A stretch of DNA of 32,000 nucleotides from Zymomonas mobilis subsp. mobilis ATCC 10988 (GCF_000175255.2 NC_017262.1:870001-902000), one strand, 5' to 3'. Numbered from the stretch's first letter, positions 18,366 through 28,446 are shown. The notes: generated from the letters alone by a model not told the origin. Numbers and translations: made by a program.

Positions 18366-18635
18366 ATGAGAATAGAATTTACTTTTCCTTGCTTTGGCTC
18401 TTTACGGACAGTGGCCACCGATAATGCCCAATTCGGGGATGCCGTTATTTTCTTTGGCTGGTTCATCACTGAAACGGCCATGAATATCGCGGTAGAAGGC
18501 TACAAAGTTAAAATGGACGAAGTCATCCGTTTGGTTGTGATCGACGACGAAGGTAATGACATCACAACCCAAGTTGCCGATTTCTATGCCAAAGCCTCTG
18601 CCGATATTCAGGAAGAACATAGCCACGCTTCCTGA
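18366..18635 (+). CDS. Small hypothetical protein (about 89 aa)
   Basis: Complete ORF (alternative GTG start at 18351), plausible composition, GGGG upstream of the ATG. Confidence 0.5.
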   Translation: MRIEFTFPCFGSLRTVATDNAQFGDAVIFFGWFITETAMNIAVEGYKVKMDEVIRLVVIDDEGNDITTQVADFYAKASADIQEEHSHAS

Positions 18636-18683
18636 ATATCCTTTGCAAGTCGGATATTTAAACTTCTGTTCAAAGGCCTGTTT

Positions 18684-19856
18684 TCATCCCACGGCTTTAT
18701 CGGCTTTTATCAAACGAACGATATTTTCGGTGGTGCGCTCGACATTGGCCGCCGCCGATAACAAGGCCTGATCCAACGGTATCGCAGCCGGTAAAATCCC
18801 GAAAATCGCATCGATACCTTTTTGATACAAACTATCTATCTGCTCTCCGATATAGCCGCCCAAAGCAATAACCACTGTTTCAGGATTGGCTTTCTTAGCG
18901 GCTTTGGCTACCCCCATCGGCGTTTTTCCATATTGGGTCTGAAAATCGATACCGCCCTCGCCTGTTAGGACATAATCGGCATCTTTGCTTTTCTCCATCA
19001 ACCCCGTGATACGGATAACCAGTTCAATACCTTTTTCTATTGTCGCATCGGTAAAAGCCAACAACCCACCACTTAATCCACCGGCAGCCCCCGCCCCCGC
19101 TTTTTCGGCAATCTCTTTACCCAAACTAGCCTTTATCAAATCGGCATAATGCCGCAAATTATCATCCAGCTGTCGAACCATGTCAGGATTGGCTCCTTTT
19201 TGGGGCGCGAAAACAGCACTGGCACCAATTTCCCCCACCAAAGGATTGGTTACATCGGAAGCAATAATAATTTCGGTGTCTGCTATGCGGGGATCAAGGC
19301 CAGAAATGTCGATCTCGGCCAAGGTGGATAAGCCACCGCCGCCTCGCGTAATCGGCCATCCTTTTTTATCAAGAAAGCGGACGCCCAAGGCTTCAGCCAT
19401 ACCGGCACCGCCATCATTGGTCGCACTGCCCCCCATGCCCATAATGATTTTTCTGATGCCACGGTCCAAAGCGGATTTCAGCAACTGGCCGGTGCCATAA
19501 GTAGTCGTGATTAGCGGGTTTTTGCTCTTCTCATCCACAAATTGAAGACCGCTCGCCGCAGCCATTTCGATGATAGCTGTCTTGCCATCGCCCAAAATAC
19601 CATAATCAGCCATCACCGGCTGCATCAGGGGATTCATCACCCTTTCGCTTATTCGCTGGCCTTGGGTAGCATCAATCAAAGATTGTACCGTGCCTTCGCC
19701 CCCATCCGCCATAGGGAGAATGACCGTTTCGGCCTCGGGCAGAATCTTCTGGATAGCCCTTTCCATAGCAAGAGCTGCCTCTTTCGCGGTCAAGCTACCC
19801 TTAAAAGAATCCGGTGCCAGCAAGAATTTCATCTTCACGCTTTCTGTTTTTGTCAC
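18684..19856 (-). CDS. Glycerate kinase (GlxK/GarK family)
   Basis: KFLLAPDSFKGSLTAKEAALAMERAI, LPMADGGEGTVQSLIDAT, IIMGMGGSATNDGGAGMAEALG, LTGEGGIDFQTQYGKTP. Confidence 0.95.
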   Translation of the reverse strand: MTKTESVKMKFLLAPDSFKGSLTAKEAALAMERAIQKILPEAETVILPMADGGEGTVQSLIDATQGQRISERVMNPLMQPVMADYGILGDGKTAIIEMAAASGLQFVDEKSKNPLITTTYGTGQLLKSALDRGIRKIIMGMGGSATNDGGAGMAEALGVRFLDKKGWPITRGGGGLSTLAEIDISGLDPRIADTEIIIASDVTNPLVGEIGASAVFAPQKGANPDMVRQLDDNLRHYADLIKASLGKEIAEKAGAGAAGGLSGGLLAFTDATIEKGIELVIRITGLMEKSKDADYVLTGEGGIDFQTQYGKTPMGVAKAAKKANPETVVIALGGYIGEQIDSLYQKGIDAIFGILPAAIPLDQALLSAAANVERTTENIVRLIKADKAVG

Positions 19857-20008
19857 AATTTACCAGATTTAAAACCGGAGGCCTTGCCCAAAATCCTACC
19901 CATCCTAAATTATTCACGGTAATTTTTATCCGATCATGGATAGGATTGGCCTCAATATCATTATAAAAAATAGGATAAGCCAAGGCCTGATCGTCAAAGG
20001 ACAAACAA

Positions 20009-20569
20009 ATGATCGACTATAAAAATGCCGATAAAGCGACATTAAAGGCAGAATATAAACGCCTTTCTCGGGAAACCCACAATCTACCTTTCTTTACCAG
20101 AAAAGAATTCTACGCCCTTCCCGAAATACTGGGTGATGAAGAAATCCCTGTCGCCATTACTTCAGGCATGATGAATGATCATACATGGCTGATCGTGTTG
20201 ACCAATCGCCGTATTTTATTCCTTGATAAAGGGATGCTGTTCGGGGGCAAACAGGTCATTATCAGCTTGGCCGATATTACGGCTATCCAAGGCTCTACCG
20301 GTCTGATTTATGGTGAAATCACGATCAGTACCGCCGGACAAAAGCACGAAATCAGCCATATTTATAAAAAGGCTGTTAATAGCTTTATCCAAATGACGGA
20401 TAAAGAACGGGATCAATATCGCTCCGATCCGATCCAGAAAATCAAACCCTTCCATCAGAATACCTCGGATAAAGTTACCCAATTGGAAAAACTAGCCGCC
20501 CTTAAAAATCAGGGCATCCTGACAGAAGAAGAATTTGAAAAAGAAAAAAGGCGTATTTTGGCCTTATAA
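20009..20569 (+). CDS. PH-like domain protein with C-terminal SHOCT domain
   Basis: WLIVLTNRRILFLDKGMLFG...SLADITAIQ (bacterial PH domain) and LEKLAALKNQGILTEEEFEKEKRRIL (SHOCT). Confidence 0.75.
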   Translation: MIDYKNADKATLKAEYKRLSRETHNLPFFTRKEFYALPEILGDEEIPVAITSGMMNDHTWLIVLTNRRILFLDKGMLFGGKQVIISLADITAIQGSTGLIYGEITISTAGQKHEISHIYKKAVNSFIQMTDKERDQYRSDPIQKIKPFHQNTSDKVTQLEKLAALKNQGILTEEEFEKEKRRILAL

Positions 20570-20654
20570 AAGACGAAAATATTTCTTACATTGCCCCCAT
20601 CTCAAAGACAGTCCGCCTTTCAAAATAGATATCACAAAATCGGGAAACAGAATT

Positions 20655-22478
20655 ATGTGCGGTATTATCGGTATTATCGGACGCGAAGACCTTTCAGAAC
20701 GCCTTTTCCAAGGATTAAGACGGCTGGAATATCGCGGTTATGATTCTGCCGGTATGTGTACGATCCATGATGGCAAACTCGATCGCCGCCGTGCCGAGGG
20801 AAAACTCGACAATCTCGGTCGGGTGCTGGCTAATGATCCACTTCCTGGTAAAATCGGCATTGCTCATACGCGTTGGGCAACTCATGGCGCACCAACGGTT
20901 GCCAATGCCCATCCCCATATTGCGGGTGATGTCGCGGTGGTTCACAATGGCATCATTGAAAATTTCAAAACACTGCGTGACGAATTACTGGAACGCGGCC
21001 ATCATTTTGAAAGCGAAACTGATACCGAGGTTGTCGCCCATCTTCTTGATGAACAGATGCAGGCCGGCAAAGACCCGCGTCATGCTGTTTCCAAGGTTCT
21101 AAAAAAATTGCGGGGTGCTTTTGCACTCGCCATCCTTTTTAAAAATTATCCCGATCTCTTGATTGGTGCCAGACTGGGTTCACCCTTGGTCGTTGGCTAT
21201 GGCGATGGCGAAAATTATCTTGGATCGGATGCCTTGGCTTTGGCACCGCTGACCCAGAAAATCAGCTATCTCGAAGAAGGCGATTGGGTCGTTCTTACGC
21301 GTGAAGGTATCGAAGTCCACGATATCGAAGACAGAATTGTCGAAAGACCGGTGGTGCTATCCGGTGCCAGTGGCCTGATGGTTGAAAAAGGCAATTACCG
21401 CCATTTCATGCAGAAAGAAATCTTTGAACAGCCAGTAGTCGTTGCTCAAACTTTACAAAGCTATCTTCGTCCGGTTGAAGGACAGGTCGCGTTGCCAGAC
21501 CCCGATTTTGATCTCTCCCAAATCAAAAGAGTGACGATCGTAGCCTGCGGCACCAGCTATTATGCCGGTATGGTTGCCCGCTATTGGATCGAGCGTTTTG
21601 CGCGTGTGCCAGTCGAAATCGAGGCCGCATCAGAATATCGCTATCGTGAACCCGTGATGGAAGAAGGCGGTCTATCACTCTTTATCAGCCAATCGGGCGA
21701 AACCGCCGATACCTTGGCTGCACTTCGCCATGCTAGGGCAGGGGGACAGAAAATTGCCGTCGTTGTCAATGTCCCAACCAGCAGCATGGCACGCGAAGCT
21801 GATTTACTTCTCCCGACCCATGCTGGCCCTGAAATCGGGGTGGCCTCGACCAAGGCCTTTACGTGCCAACTCGCTGTCTTGGCCGCATTTGCTACTCATA
21901 TCGCAAGGGTCAAAGGACAGCTCACACAACAAGAAGAACAGGACATCGTCCGCCATCTCGCAGAAGCCCCTGCGGCACTCAATGCAGCTCTGGCTTTCAA
22001 TGACACAATCGAAAATGTTGCAACAGCCATCGCCCCCGCGCGGGATGTCCTTTATATTGGACGGGGGCCCGATTATCCCTTGGCGATGGAAGGCGCGCTC
22101 AAATTAAAAGAGATCAGCTATATCCATGCCGAAGGTTACGCGGCGGGTGAAATGAAGCACGGGCCTATCGCGCTTATTGATGACAAGGTGCCGATTATCG
22201 TTCTGGCTCCATCAGGGCCTCTTTTTGAAAAAACCGTTTCTAATATGCAGGAAATGCAAGCAAGAGGCGGCAAGGTTATTCTGATTTCTGATGAGAAAGG
22301 TATTCAGGAAGCCGGAGATAACTGCCTTGCAACTTTGACGATGCCCAAGGTGCATCCTCTCATTGCCCCGATCGTCTATGCTATTCCGGTGCAATTACTG
22401 GCCTATCATGTCGCCGTTATCAAAGGCACCGATGTCGATCAGCCCCGAAATTTGGCCAAAAGTGTTACGGTCGAATAG
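20655..22478 (+). CDS. glmS: Glutamine--fructose-6-phosphate aminotransferase (isomerizing) GlmS
   Basis: Starts MCGIIGIIGRE (catalytic Cys at position 2), GYDSAGM, HTRWATHG and SIS domains, ending in AKSVTVE. The ATG at 20655 is used, not the track's upstream start. Confidence 0.98.
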   Translation: MCGIIGIIGREDLSERLFQGLRRLEYRGYDSAGMCTIHDGKLDRRRAEGKLDNLGRVLANDPLPGKIGIAHTRWATHGAPTVANAHPHIAGDVAVVHNGIIENFKTLRDELLERGHHFESETDTEVVAHLLDEQMQAGKDPRHAVSKVLKKLRGAFALAILFKNYPDLLIGARLGSPLVVGYGDGENYLGSDALALAPLTQKISYLEEGDWVVLTREGIEVHDIEDRIVERPVVLSGASGLMVEKGNYRHFMQKEIFEQPVVVAQTLQSYLRPVEGQVALPDPDFDLSQIKRVTIVACGTSYYAGMVARYWIERFARVPVEIEAASEYRYREPVMEEGGLSLFISQSGETADTLAALRHARAGGQKIAVVVNVPTSSMAREADLLLPTHAGPEIGVASTKAFTCQLAVLAAFATHIARVKGQLTQQEEQDIVRHLAEAPAALNAALAFNDTIENVATAIAPARDVLYIGRGPDYPLAMEGALKLKEISYIHAEGYAAGEMKHGPIALIDDKVPIIVLAPSGPLFEKTVSNMQEMQARGGKVILISDEKGIQEAGDNCLATLTMPKVHPLIAPIVYAIPVQLLAYHVAVIKGTDVDQPRNLAKSVTVE

Positions 22479-22549
22479 TAAATTTATACCGACTGATAGT
22501 AAAACTATATTTTTCTTAACAGCGGCTTTCCCTAATTTGGTTGTGACGG

Positions 22550-22579
22550 AAACACTCCTTTTCAAAGGGGTGTTTCTTT
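22550..22579 (+). terminator. Rho-independent terminator after glmS
   Basis: AAACACTCC-ttttcaaa-GGGGTGTTT followed by ctttg; 9-bp stem with one U:G. Confidence 0.6.
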
Positions 22580-22661
22580 GCAATCGGGGGCAAAGGCAAA
22601 TCTAGGCGAGAATTCTCCCGCTTCTGTCTTCCCGATTGTCCGATAACGATACAAAACGGGA

Positions 22662-23453
22662 ATGCCTATGTCCGCCCTTCATGCTTTACAGCCGCTCTAT
22701 TCACTTTCTGGCTTGGTGATCGGTTTTCTGGTGGGCATGACGGGTGTCGGCGGCGGTTCCTTGATGACACCGCTCCTTATCTTGCTCTTCGGTGTTCACC
22801 CCCAAACGGCTGTCGGAACGGATCTTCTCTATGCCTCGGCCACCAAATTTGTCGGAACGGGGATTCACGGTTTCAAAGGTTCGGTCGATTGGAAGGTCGT
22901 AACCCGCTTATGCGCAGGTAGTATTCCGGCCTCTATCCTCAGCTTGGTTTTCCTGCATTATCTCGGAATGCCGTCGTCAACGACTTCTCGCATTATCTCT
23001 GTCACCTTGGGCATTGCCCTATTACTGACCGCTCCCAGCGTTCTTTTCCGTGAAAAGATCAGAGCATGGGCAAGCCGCCGCAGCAAACCTTTGGGTGAAA
23101 AAAGCACCGCTTTTCTGACGGTTTTTCTTGGTTTTCTGCTCGGTGTCTTGGTGTCGCTGTCCTCGGTCGGTGCGGGCGCGATCGGTGTCACGGTGCTGAT
23201 TATGCTCTATCCGACTTTACCAACCGCTAAAATTGTTGGTTCCGATATTGCCCATGCTGTGCCGTTAACCCTTATCGCCGGATCAGGTCACTGGCTGATG
23301 GGTGCCATCAATATTCCGATGCTGATTTCTTTATTGGTCGGCTCGATACCGGGTATCATCTTGGGCAGCCTGTTTATCGGTAAAGTCAACGAAACCGTGC
23401 AACGCTCGGTCTTGGCGACCATTCTTCTGGTTGTCGGCTTGCGCCTCGTCTGA
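22662..23453 (+). CDS. TauE/SafE-family membrane permease
   Basis: SGLVIGFLVGMTGVGGGSLMTPLLILLFGVHPQTAVGTDLLYASATK, multiple hydrophobic helices. Confidence 0.88.
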   Translation: MPMSALHALQPLYSLSGLVIGFLVGMTGVGGGSLMTPLLILLFGVHPQTAVGTDLLYASATKFVGTGIHGFKGSVDWKVVTRLCAGSIPASILSLVFLHYLGMPSSTTSRIISVTLGIALLLTAPSVLFREKIRAWASRRSKPLGEKSTAFLTVFLGFLLGVLVSLSSVGAGAIGVTVLIMLYPTLPTAKIVGSDIAHAVPLTLIAGSGHWLMGAINIPMLISLLVGSIPGIILGSLFIGKVNETVQRSVLATILLVVGLRLV

Positions 23454-23478
23454 TTGAAATCTGATTTATTCTAAATCC

Positions 23479-23510
23479 AAAAACCGGATAGCCCAAGCTG
23501 TCCGGTTTTT
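23479..23510 (+). terminator. Rho-independent terminator after the TauE/SafE gene (may be bidirectional)
   Basis: AAAAACCGGATAG-cccaag-CTGTCCGGTTTTT; 13-bp stem with one U:G, T-run on the 3' side and A-run on the 5' side. Confidence 0.75.
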
Positions 23511-23589
23511 CTGTATCAAGCCCCCGCTTTAAATTCTTTCTCCTGCCCTTTCTCCAGCATCCCCCAAATAATCCCAAGCCAAGCACTTT

Positions 23590-23745
23590 TTATGAAGGCG
23601 CAACCACTTTCTCATCGGACAGATTCAACAATATTTTTTTGAGAAGCCCTGCCAAGATTTGACGTTGTTCCGGCTCCAGCCCGTCCAAGACCCCATTTTG
23701 AACCTCGGTATGTGTTTTTACGGCTTGTTCAATCAAAGCCTCAAT
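23590..23745 (-). pseudogene. Truncated C-terminal remnant of a MarR-family transcriptional regulator
   Basis: Hand translation of the minus strand gives IEALIEQAVKTHTEVQNGVLDGLEPEQRQILAGLLKKILLNLSDEKVVAPS*, matching the MarR C-terminal helices. An in-frame TAG sits immediately upstream, with no start codon or DNA-binding domain; absent from the ORF track. Confidence 0.65.
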
Positions 23746-23757
23746 CTACTATTGCTT

Positions 23758-25191
23758 TTAATTAGAAACCGCGTCTTCTTTGGCCTTCGGTGAAGCCGCA
23801 TCTTTCTTGGCGTCTTCAGCGGCCTGATAGAGCATCGCCATGCCTTGGGCATGATCGTCCAGCCTGTCGTCTATCTCGGCAAAGGCTTTATCAAAGGCCT
23901 TACGATGCCAATAAACGGCCTGTTCTTTGTTTTTCTCAACCCCGATCCCTTTTTCATAAAGGGTTGATAATTTAATCTCGGCGGGTTTGTAATGATGGCG
24001 TGCCGATCTTTCATACCATGAAAAGGCTTGCTTAAAATCCTGCGGGACAACCTGCCCCTTGGAATACATATCGCCCAATTTCATTTCAGCATCATAGGCT
24101 TGGGTATGATAAAAATCAGCCGTTGCCTTCCGATACCAAACCAGAGCCTGTTTGAAATCCTGCGGCACTGCCAAGCCACTATAATAGATATTCCCGATAG
24201 CATTTTCGGCGCGACTGTCATTTTGGGCAGCCGCTTTCTGATACCATGCCAAGGCTTTCGGATAATTCCGGTCTATTTTCTGGCCTTCAAAATAAAGGTC
24301 ACCCATCACAGTTGCTGGATTATCAAAATGATGTTTTGCCCATGCCTTTTGGTAATATTCGGCCGCTTTATCGTCATCTTTCTGGGTGCCTTCACCCTGA
24401 TGATACATCTCAGCCAATTGCTCTTCAGCCTCTTCAGAACCCTGATTGGCCGCTTTTTCACACCAATAAAAAGCCTTTTTGCTGTCTTTTTCAGTGGCAT
24501 CACCATGATAATAGGCCATAGCCAGATCAATCTGCCCTTGAATATTGCCTCCTTCGGCAGCTCGATTATACCAGAAAGCGGCTTTTTGGGGGTCTTTTCC
24601 TGTGCCCTGACCGTCACGATAAAAGCGCCCTAATGCGCTCTCCGCAGGATGGAACCCCTGATTGGCTGACTTCTCCATCCAGTAAAAAGCAGTGTCTGGA
24701 TCGACCCTTTCATTGCCATTTTGGGGGTTATAAAAACGAGCCATATTATATTCTGCGAAAGGATCACCCAGACGAGCGGCTTTTTCTGTCCAGTAAAAAG
24801 CCTTTTCAAGATCTTCAGGGATACCCTTTCTTCCGAAATGATAGATATTTCCTAGCAAGGCTTCGGCCGCAGGATAGCCTTGTTCCGCCGATTTCTCTAT
24901 CCAGTAACGCGCCTGCAAAAAATCCTGCGCTGTTCCCAAGCCTTCATGATATAAAGCCCCCAAATTATATTCTGCCTTTGGATTGCCACCAGAAACAGCT
25001 TGCTGCATTTTCATAAAACCGCGGGCTTGATCGTCCTTATTCTGACTTTTCAAATTATGTATTGCCTGCGTAAAGGCTTGAGGAGCTGTCATAACCGCAG
25101 GCGGGTTTGCCTCTGCCCAAAGCGGGGTTATCACCAGCGGCGCAGACAAAATCATCGAGAGCTTCATCATCCAAGAACCAGCGGCTTTCAT
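23758..25191 (-). CDS. Exported Sel1-repeat protein (second copy of this type in the window)
   Basis: Signal-like MKLSMILSAPLVITPLWAEA, then many repeats such as AFYWTEKAARLGDPFAEYNMARFY and ALVWYRKA with about 36-aa spacing. Confidence 0.9.
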   Translation of the reverse strand: MKAAGSWMMKLSMILSAPLVITPLWAEANPPAVMTAPQAFTQAIHNLKSQNKDDQARGFMKMQQAVSGGNPKAEYNLGALYHEGLGTAQDFLQARYWIEKSAEQGYPAAEALLGNIYHFGRKGIPEDLEKAFYWTEKAARLGDPFAEYNMARFYNPQNGNERVDPDTAFYWMEKSANQGFHPAESALGRFYRDGQGTGKDPQKAAFWYNRAAEGGNIQGQIDLAMAYYHGDATEKDSKKAFYWCEKAANQGSEEAEEQLAEMYHQGEGTQKDDDKAAEYYQKAWAKHHFDNPATVMGDLYFEGQKIDRNYPKALAWYQKAAAQNDSRAENAIGNIYYSGLAVPQDFKQALVWYRKATADFYHTQAYDAEMKLGDMYSKGQVVPQDFKQAFSWYERSARHHYKPAEIKLSTLYEKGIGVEKNKEQAVYWHRKAFDKAFAEIDDRLDDHAQGMAMLYQAAEDAKKDAASPKAKEDAVSN

Positions 25192-25653
25192 ACATCCCCC
25201 CGATAGAAATATTTTAATATAATTGAACAGCAGTATAATTCATCTAAAAACAGCCTAAATATTGTTATCATTATTACAAATAACACTATCTCAGACTATC
25301 CATTTATTTTATTTCATCTATCCCCAATCTATAGAAATGAAGAAATAGCTATCCTTAAAACCTCATTACATTCAAATTTTTTAAAAAAAAGAAATATTAC
25401 AACAGAAAAAGCGCAATTTTAATAGATTATTTTTAGATTTATTTATAATTTAATGCTTTAAAATAAATATTAAAAGCAATTTTAAATCTAAATAAAATAA
25501 AAATGCTCTACATCGATAAAAACACTAAAATGAGGATTAAGAATAAGATCATATCTTTTTTGCCTCAAAAAACAAAAGACGCAAAAAAAGATCGGTTTTT
25601 CCCGAAAAAAAGCTATTCTGACCTTTGTCAAAAATTGCTTTCAGGAAAATTTT

Positions 25654-26250
25654 ATGGCGCTTATTCTCGCTTCTTCTTCCAAAATCAGATCAGCCCTTTT
25701 GACTGCCGCCGGTGTGCCTTTTGCCATCCAGACTGCCGAAGTTGAGGAGACCGCGATCAAGGAAAAATGGCAGGCTGAAAAGCGGGATAATAGCCAGCTG
25801 GCGCTCACTCTCGCCGAAGCCAAGGCACAAGCCGTCGCGGATCATTATCCCGATGATCTTGTTTTAGGGTGTGACTCAACTGTCATGACGGAAGAAGGTG
25901 CCTTGTTGAGCAAGCCCGTCAGCCGACAAGATGCCGCCGATCATCTCCGGTTATTGGCTGGAAAATCACATATTCTGACCAGTGCCGTCGCCATTATTGA
26001 AAAAGGCAAAACGGTTTTTCGCCATCACGACAGCGCCACTTTGACGATGCGCGCTTTTTCCGACAGCTTTCTCTCTCATTATCTTGATCAGGAATGGCCA
26101 GAAATCGGCTATTGCGTAGGTGGCTACCGCCTGGAAGGCCTCGGTATTCAACTTTTTGAAGCTATCCAAGGCGATCATTTTACGATTATGGGGCTTCCAC
26201 TGCTTCCTTTGCTTGCCTATTTGCGTAAAGCCTCAATAGTAGAGGCATGA
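25654..26250 (+). CDS. maf: Maf-like septum formation/nucleotide pyrophosphatase protein
   Basis: [82 protein letters not shown]. Confidence 0.92.
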   Translation: MALILASSSKIRSALLTAAGVPFAIQTAEVEETAIKEKWQAEKRDNSQLALTLAEAKAQAVADHYPDDLVLGCDSTVMTEEGALLSKPVSRQDAADHLRLLAGKSHILTSAVAIIEKGKTVFRHHDSATLTMRAFSDSFLSHYLDQEWPEIGYCVGGYRLEGLGIQLFEAIQGDHFTIMGLPLLPLLAYLRKASIVEA

Positions 26251-27128
26251 GCAATACAGAAAATAAACGCCCCGTCCCCGCCACTGCCGGTGTGATCGGT
26301 TGGCCAATCGCCCATAGCCAGTCTCCGGCGCTGCACCGCTTTTGGTTGGAAGCCTGCGGCATCAATGGCGATTACAGTCGTTTTCCCGTGCATCCCGACC
26401 ATCTCGCCCAAGCTATCAAGGCGTTACCCGCATGGGGGATGCGCGGGGTCAATGTCACGGTGCCGCATAAACAAGCTGTCATTCCGTTACTGGATGAGAT
26501 TGACCCGCTGGCTGAAAAAGCAGGCGCCGTAAATATTGTCAGGGTAGCCGAAGACGGTCGCTTGCAAGGCTATAACAGCGACATTACCGGCTTCATGGAA
26601 GCACTCCAACCAGCCATAAAAGCCCAAGGGGCAGGTCTGCGGAAAGCCTTCATCGTTGGTGCGGGTGGAGCTGCTCGCGCCGTGGCTTTGGGGCTGACCG
26701 AGGCCGGTTTCACCTGCCAGATCGTCAACCGCAATTTTGAAAAAGCCCGCGCTTTGGCAAGGGATATCGGGGCATTGCGCGGCGACATCGAATTTCACAG
26801 TCTGGAAGACAATCGCGAACCCGAATTTACGCTTCAGGATGGCGAATTAGGGGTAATCGTCAATGCCACGACTTTGGGGATGTCTGGCCAGCCGCCGCTT
26901 GATCTCAGCCTTGAAAAGGTCGATCCGCGCAGTCTTGTCTATGACATCGTTTACGTTCCTTTGGAAACGCCTTTGTTAAAGGCCGCAAAAGCGCGCGGGA
27001 TGCAGACAATAGACGGTCTTTCGATGTTGATCGGACAAGCTGCCGCCGCCTTTGAACTCTTTTATGATCGTAAACCCCCGCGCGACCAAGATCAGGCTTT
27101 GCGGGCGTTACTGACCAAGAAAGCATAA
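26247..27128 (+). CDS. aroE: Shikimate dehydrogenase
   Basis: [65 protein letters not shown]; overlaps the maf stop. Confidence 0.95.
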   Translation: MSNTENKRPVPATAGVIGWPIAHSQSPALHRFWLEACGINGDYSRFPVHPDHLAQAIKALPAWGMRGVNVTVPHKQAVIPLLDEIDPLAEKAGAVNIVRVAEDGRLQGYNSDITGFMEALQPAIKAQGAGLRKAFIVGAGGAARAVALGLTEAGFTCQIVNRNFEKARALARDIGALRGDIEFHSLEDNREPEFTLQDGELGVIVNATTLGMSGQPPLDLSLEKVDPRSLVYDIVYVPLETPLLKAAKARGMQTIDGLSMLIGQAAAAFELFYDRKPPRDQDQALRALLTKKA

Positions 27129-27140
27129 ACAAGGGATCAT

Positions 27141-27734
27141 ATGATTATTTTAGGCCTGACCGGCTCCATTGCCATGGGGAAATCAACGGTTTCCCGTCTT
27201 TTTACGCAAATGAAGCGCCCTGTTTTTGATGCCGATAAAGTCGTGCATCAATTACAAGCCCCTAATGGACGATTACTCTCCGCAATCGGTCAGGCCTTTC
27301 CTGGGGTTATTGATGAAAAAGGCGTGAACCGCCAAAAACTCGGCGCACAGCTCCTACAAAAACCCGAAGGTTTTCGCCGCCTCGAAGCAATCATCCATCC
27401 AGCCGTTGTCGAAGAACTCCATCTGTTTTTACGAAAAAACCGCAGTCACCCTCTGGTGATTGTCGATATCCCTCTGTTATTCGAGGCCGGTTTTACCCGT
27501 TCGGTCGATTATATCGCGGTGGTTTCCGCGCCCTATTGGATACAAAAAAGACGGGCATTATCGCGCCCCAATATGACCGAATCACGCTTTCGTGGATTGC
27601 TGGCACGCCAATGGCCAGACCGCAAAAAAAGACAACAGGCCGATTTTATTATTGAGAATGGCCGCAATATTATCGCCCTTGCCGCGCAAGTCAGGCAGAT
27701 CACCGGTTGCCTTGTCGGACAAGGTAGCCGATAG
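27141..27734 (+). CDS. coaE: Dephospho-CoA kinase
   Basis: MIILGLTGSIAMGKSTVSRLF (Walker A), FDADKVVHQL, VVDIPLLFEAG. Confidence 0.95.
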   Translation: MIILGLTGSIAMGKSTVSRLFTQMKRPVFDADKVVHQLQAPNGRLLSAIGQAFPGVIDEKGVNRQKLGAQLLQKPEGFRRLEAIIHPAVVEELHLFLRKNRSHPLVIVDIPLLFEAGFTRSVDYIAVVSAPYWIQKRRALSRPNMTESRFRGLLARQWPDRKKRQQADFIIENGRNIIALAAQVRQITGCLVGQGSR

Positions 27735-27741
27735 TGCCGTT

Positions 27742-28446
27742 ATGCGCGAAATTGTCTTTGATACCGAAACCACCGGCCTCAGCCCCATTAACGGCGATCG
27801 TCTGGTTGAAATCGGTTGTGTCGAGCTGATCAACAAGGTTGAGACAGGTAACAGCTTTCATTGCTATTTTAATCCCGAACGGCCAATGGATGCCGTCGCG
27901 GAATCGATCCATGGTTTGTCTGATGCCTTTTTGGCAGACAAGCCGCTTTTTGCCGACAAAGCGCAAGAATTGCTTTCCTTTATCAAATTGTCGCCTTTGG
28001 TCGCCCATAATGCGGCCTTCGATTTTGGCTTTTTGAATTACGAATTGGATAAATGCGGCCTTCCGACCATTTGTATGACCCGAATGGTCGATACCTTGGC
28101 GATTGCGCGCGGCAAACATCCCGGTGCCAAACATACCCTTGACGCATTATGTACCCGCTACGGTATTGACCGCAGCCATCGTGTCAAACATGGCGCCTTG
28201 CTCGATGCCGAATTGCTGGCACAGCTTTATGTCGAACTGACAGGCGGACGGCAAATCGGTATGGCCTTGGATGACAATAACGGCCAATCCGATGGACGCT
28301 TGTCTGTCCCGAACACGGTTTCCGGTCTACCTCGTAATAAAAAGGTCAAAAGACAACCGAGACCCCACGAGGCCAGCCCACAAGAATTATTGCGTCACGG
28401 CGCGTTTATCGACAAAATTTCTAATCCTGTCTGGCGTCGGGCGTGA
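27742..28446 (+). CDS. dnaQ: DNA polymerase III epsilon subunit (3'-5' exonuclease)
   Basis: MREIVFDTETTGLSPINGDRLVEIGCVEL (Exo I), VAHNAAFDFGFL (Exo II), HGALLDAELLAQLY (Exo III). The ATG at 27742 is chosen over the track start at 27592, which overlaps coaE. Confidence 0.95.
   Translation: MREIVFDTETTGLSPINGDRLVEIGCVELINKVETGNSFHCYFNPERPMDAVAESIHGLSDAFLADKPLFADKAQELLSFIKLSPLVAHNAAFDFGFLNYELDKCGLPTICMTRMVDTLAIARGKHPGAKHTLDALCTRYGIDRSHRVKHGALLDAELLAQLYVELTGGRQIGMALDDNNGQSDGRLSVPNTVSGLPRNKKVKRQPRPHEASPQELLRHGAFIDKISNPVWRRA

Noticed and set aside
20535-20654. 40-codon N-terminal extension of glmS in the ORF track
   Set aside because: GlmS requires Cys as the residue exposed after the initiator Met (MCGIIG), so translation must start at 20655.
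22479-22660. Possible glmS-associated ribozyme or riboswitch
   Set aside because: The only structure found is an ordinary intrinsic terminator downstream of glmS; no glmS ribozyme-like leader was apparent and these are typical of Firmicutes.
24028-24633. 201-aa plus-strand ORF (MLKILRDNLPLGIHIAQ...)
   Set aside because: Antisense to the second Sel1-repeat gene, whose signal peptide and domain repeats clearly define the coding strand.
25503-25745. 80-aa ORF upstream of and overlapping maf
   Set aside because: Lysine-rich in an AT-rich gap, runs into the maf coding sequence in another frame, and has no recognised motif.
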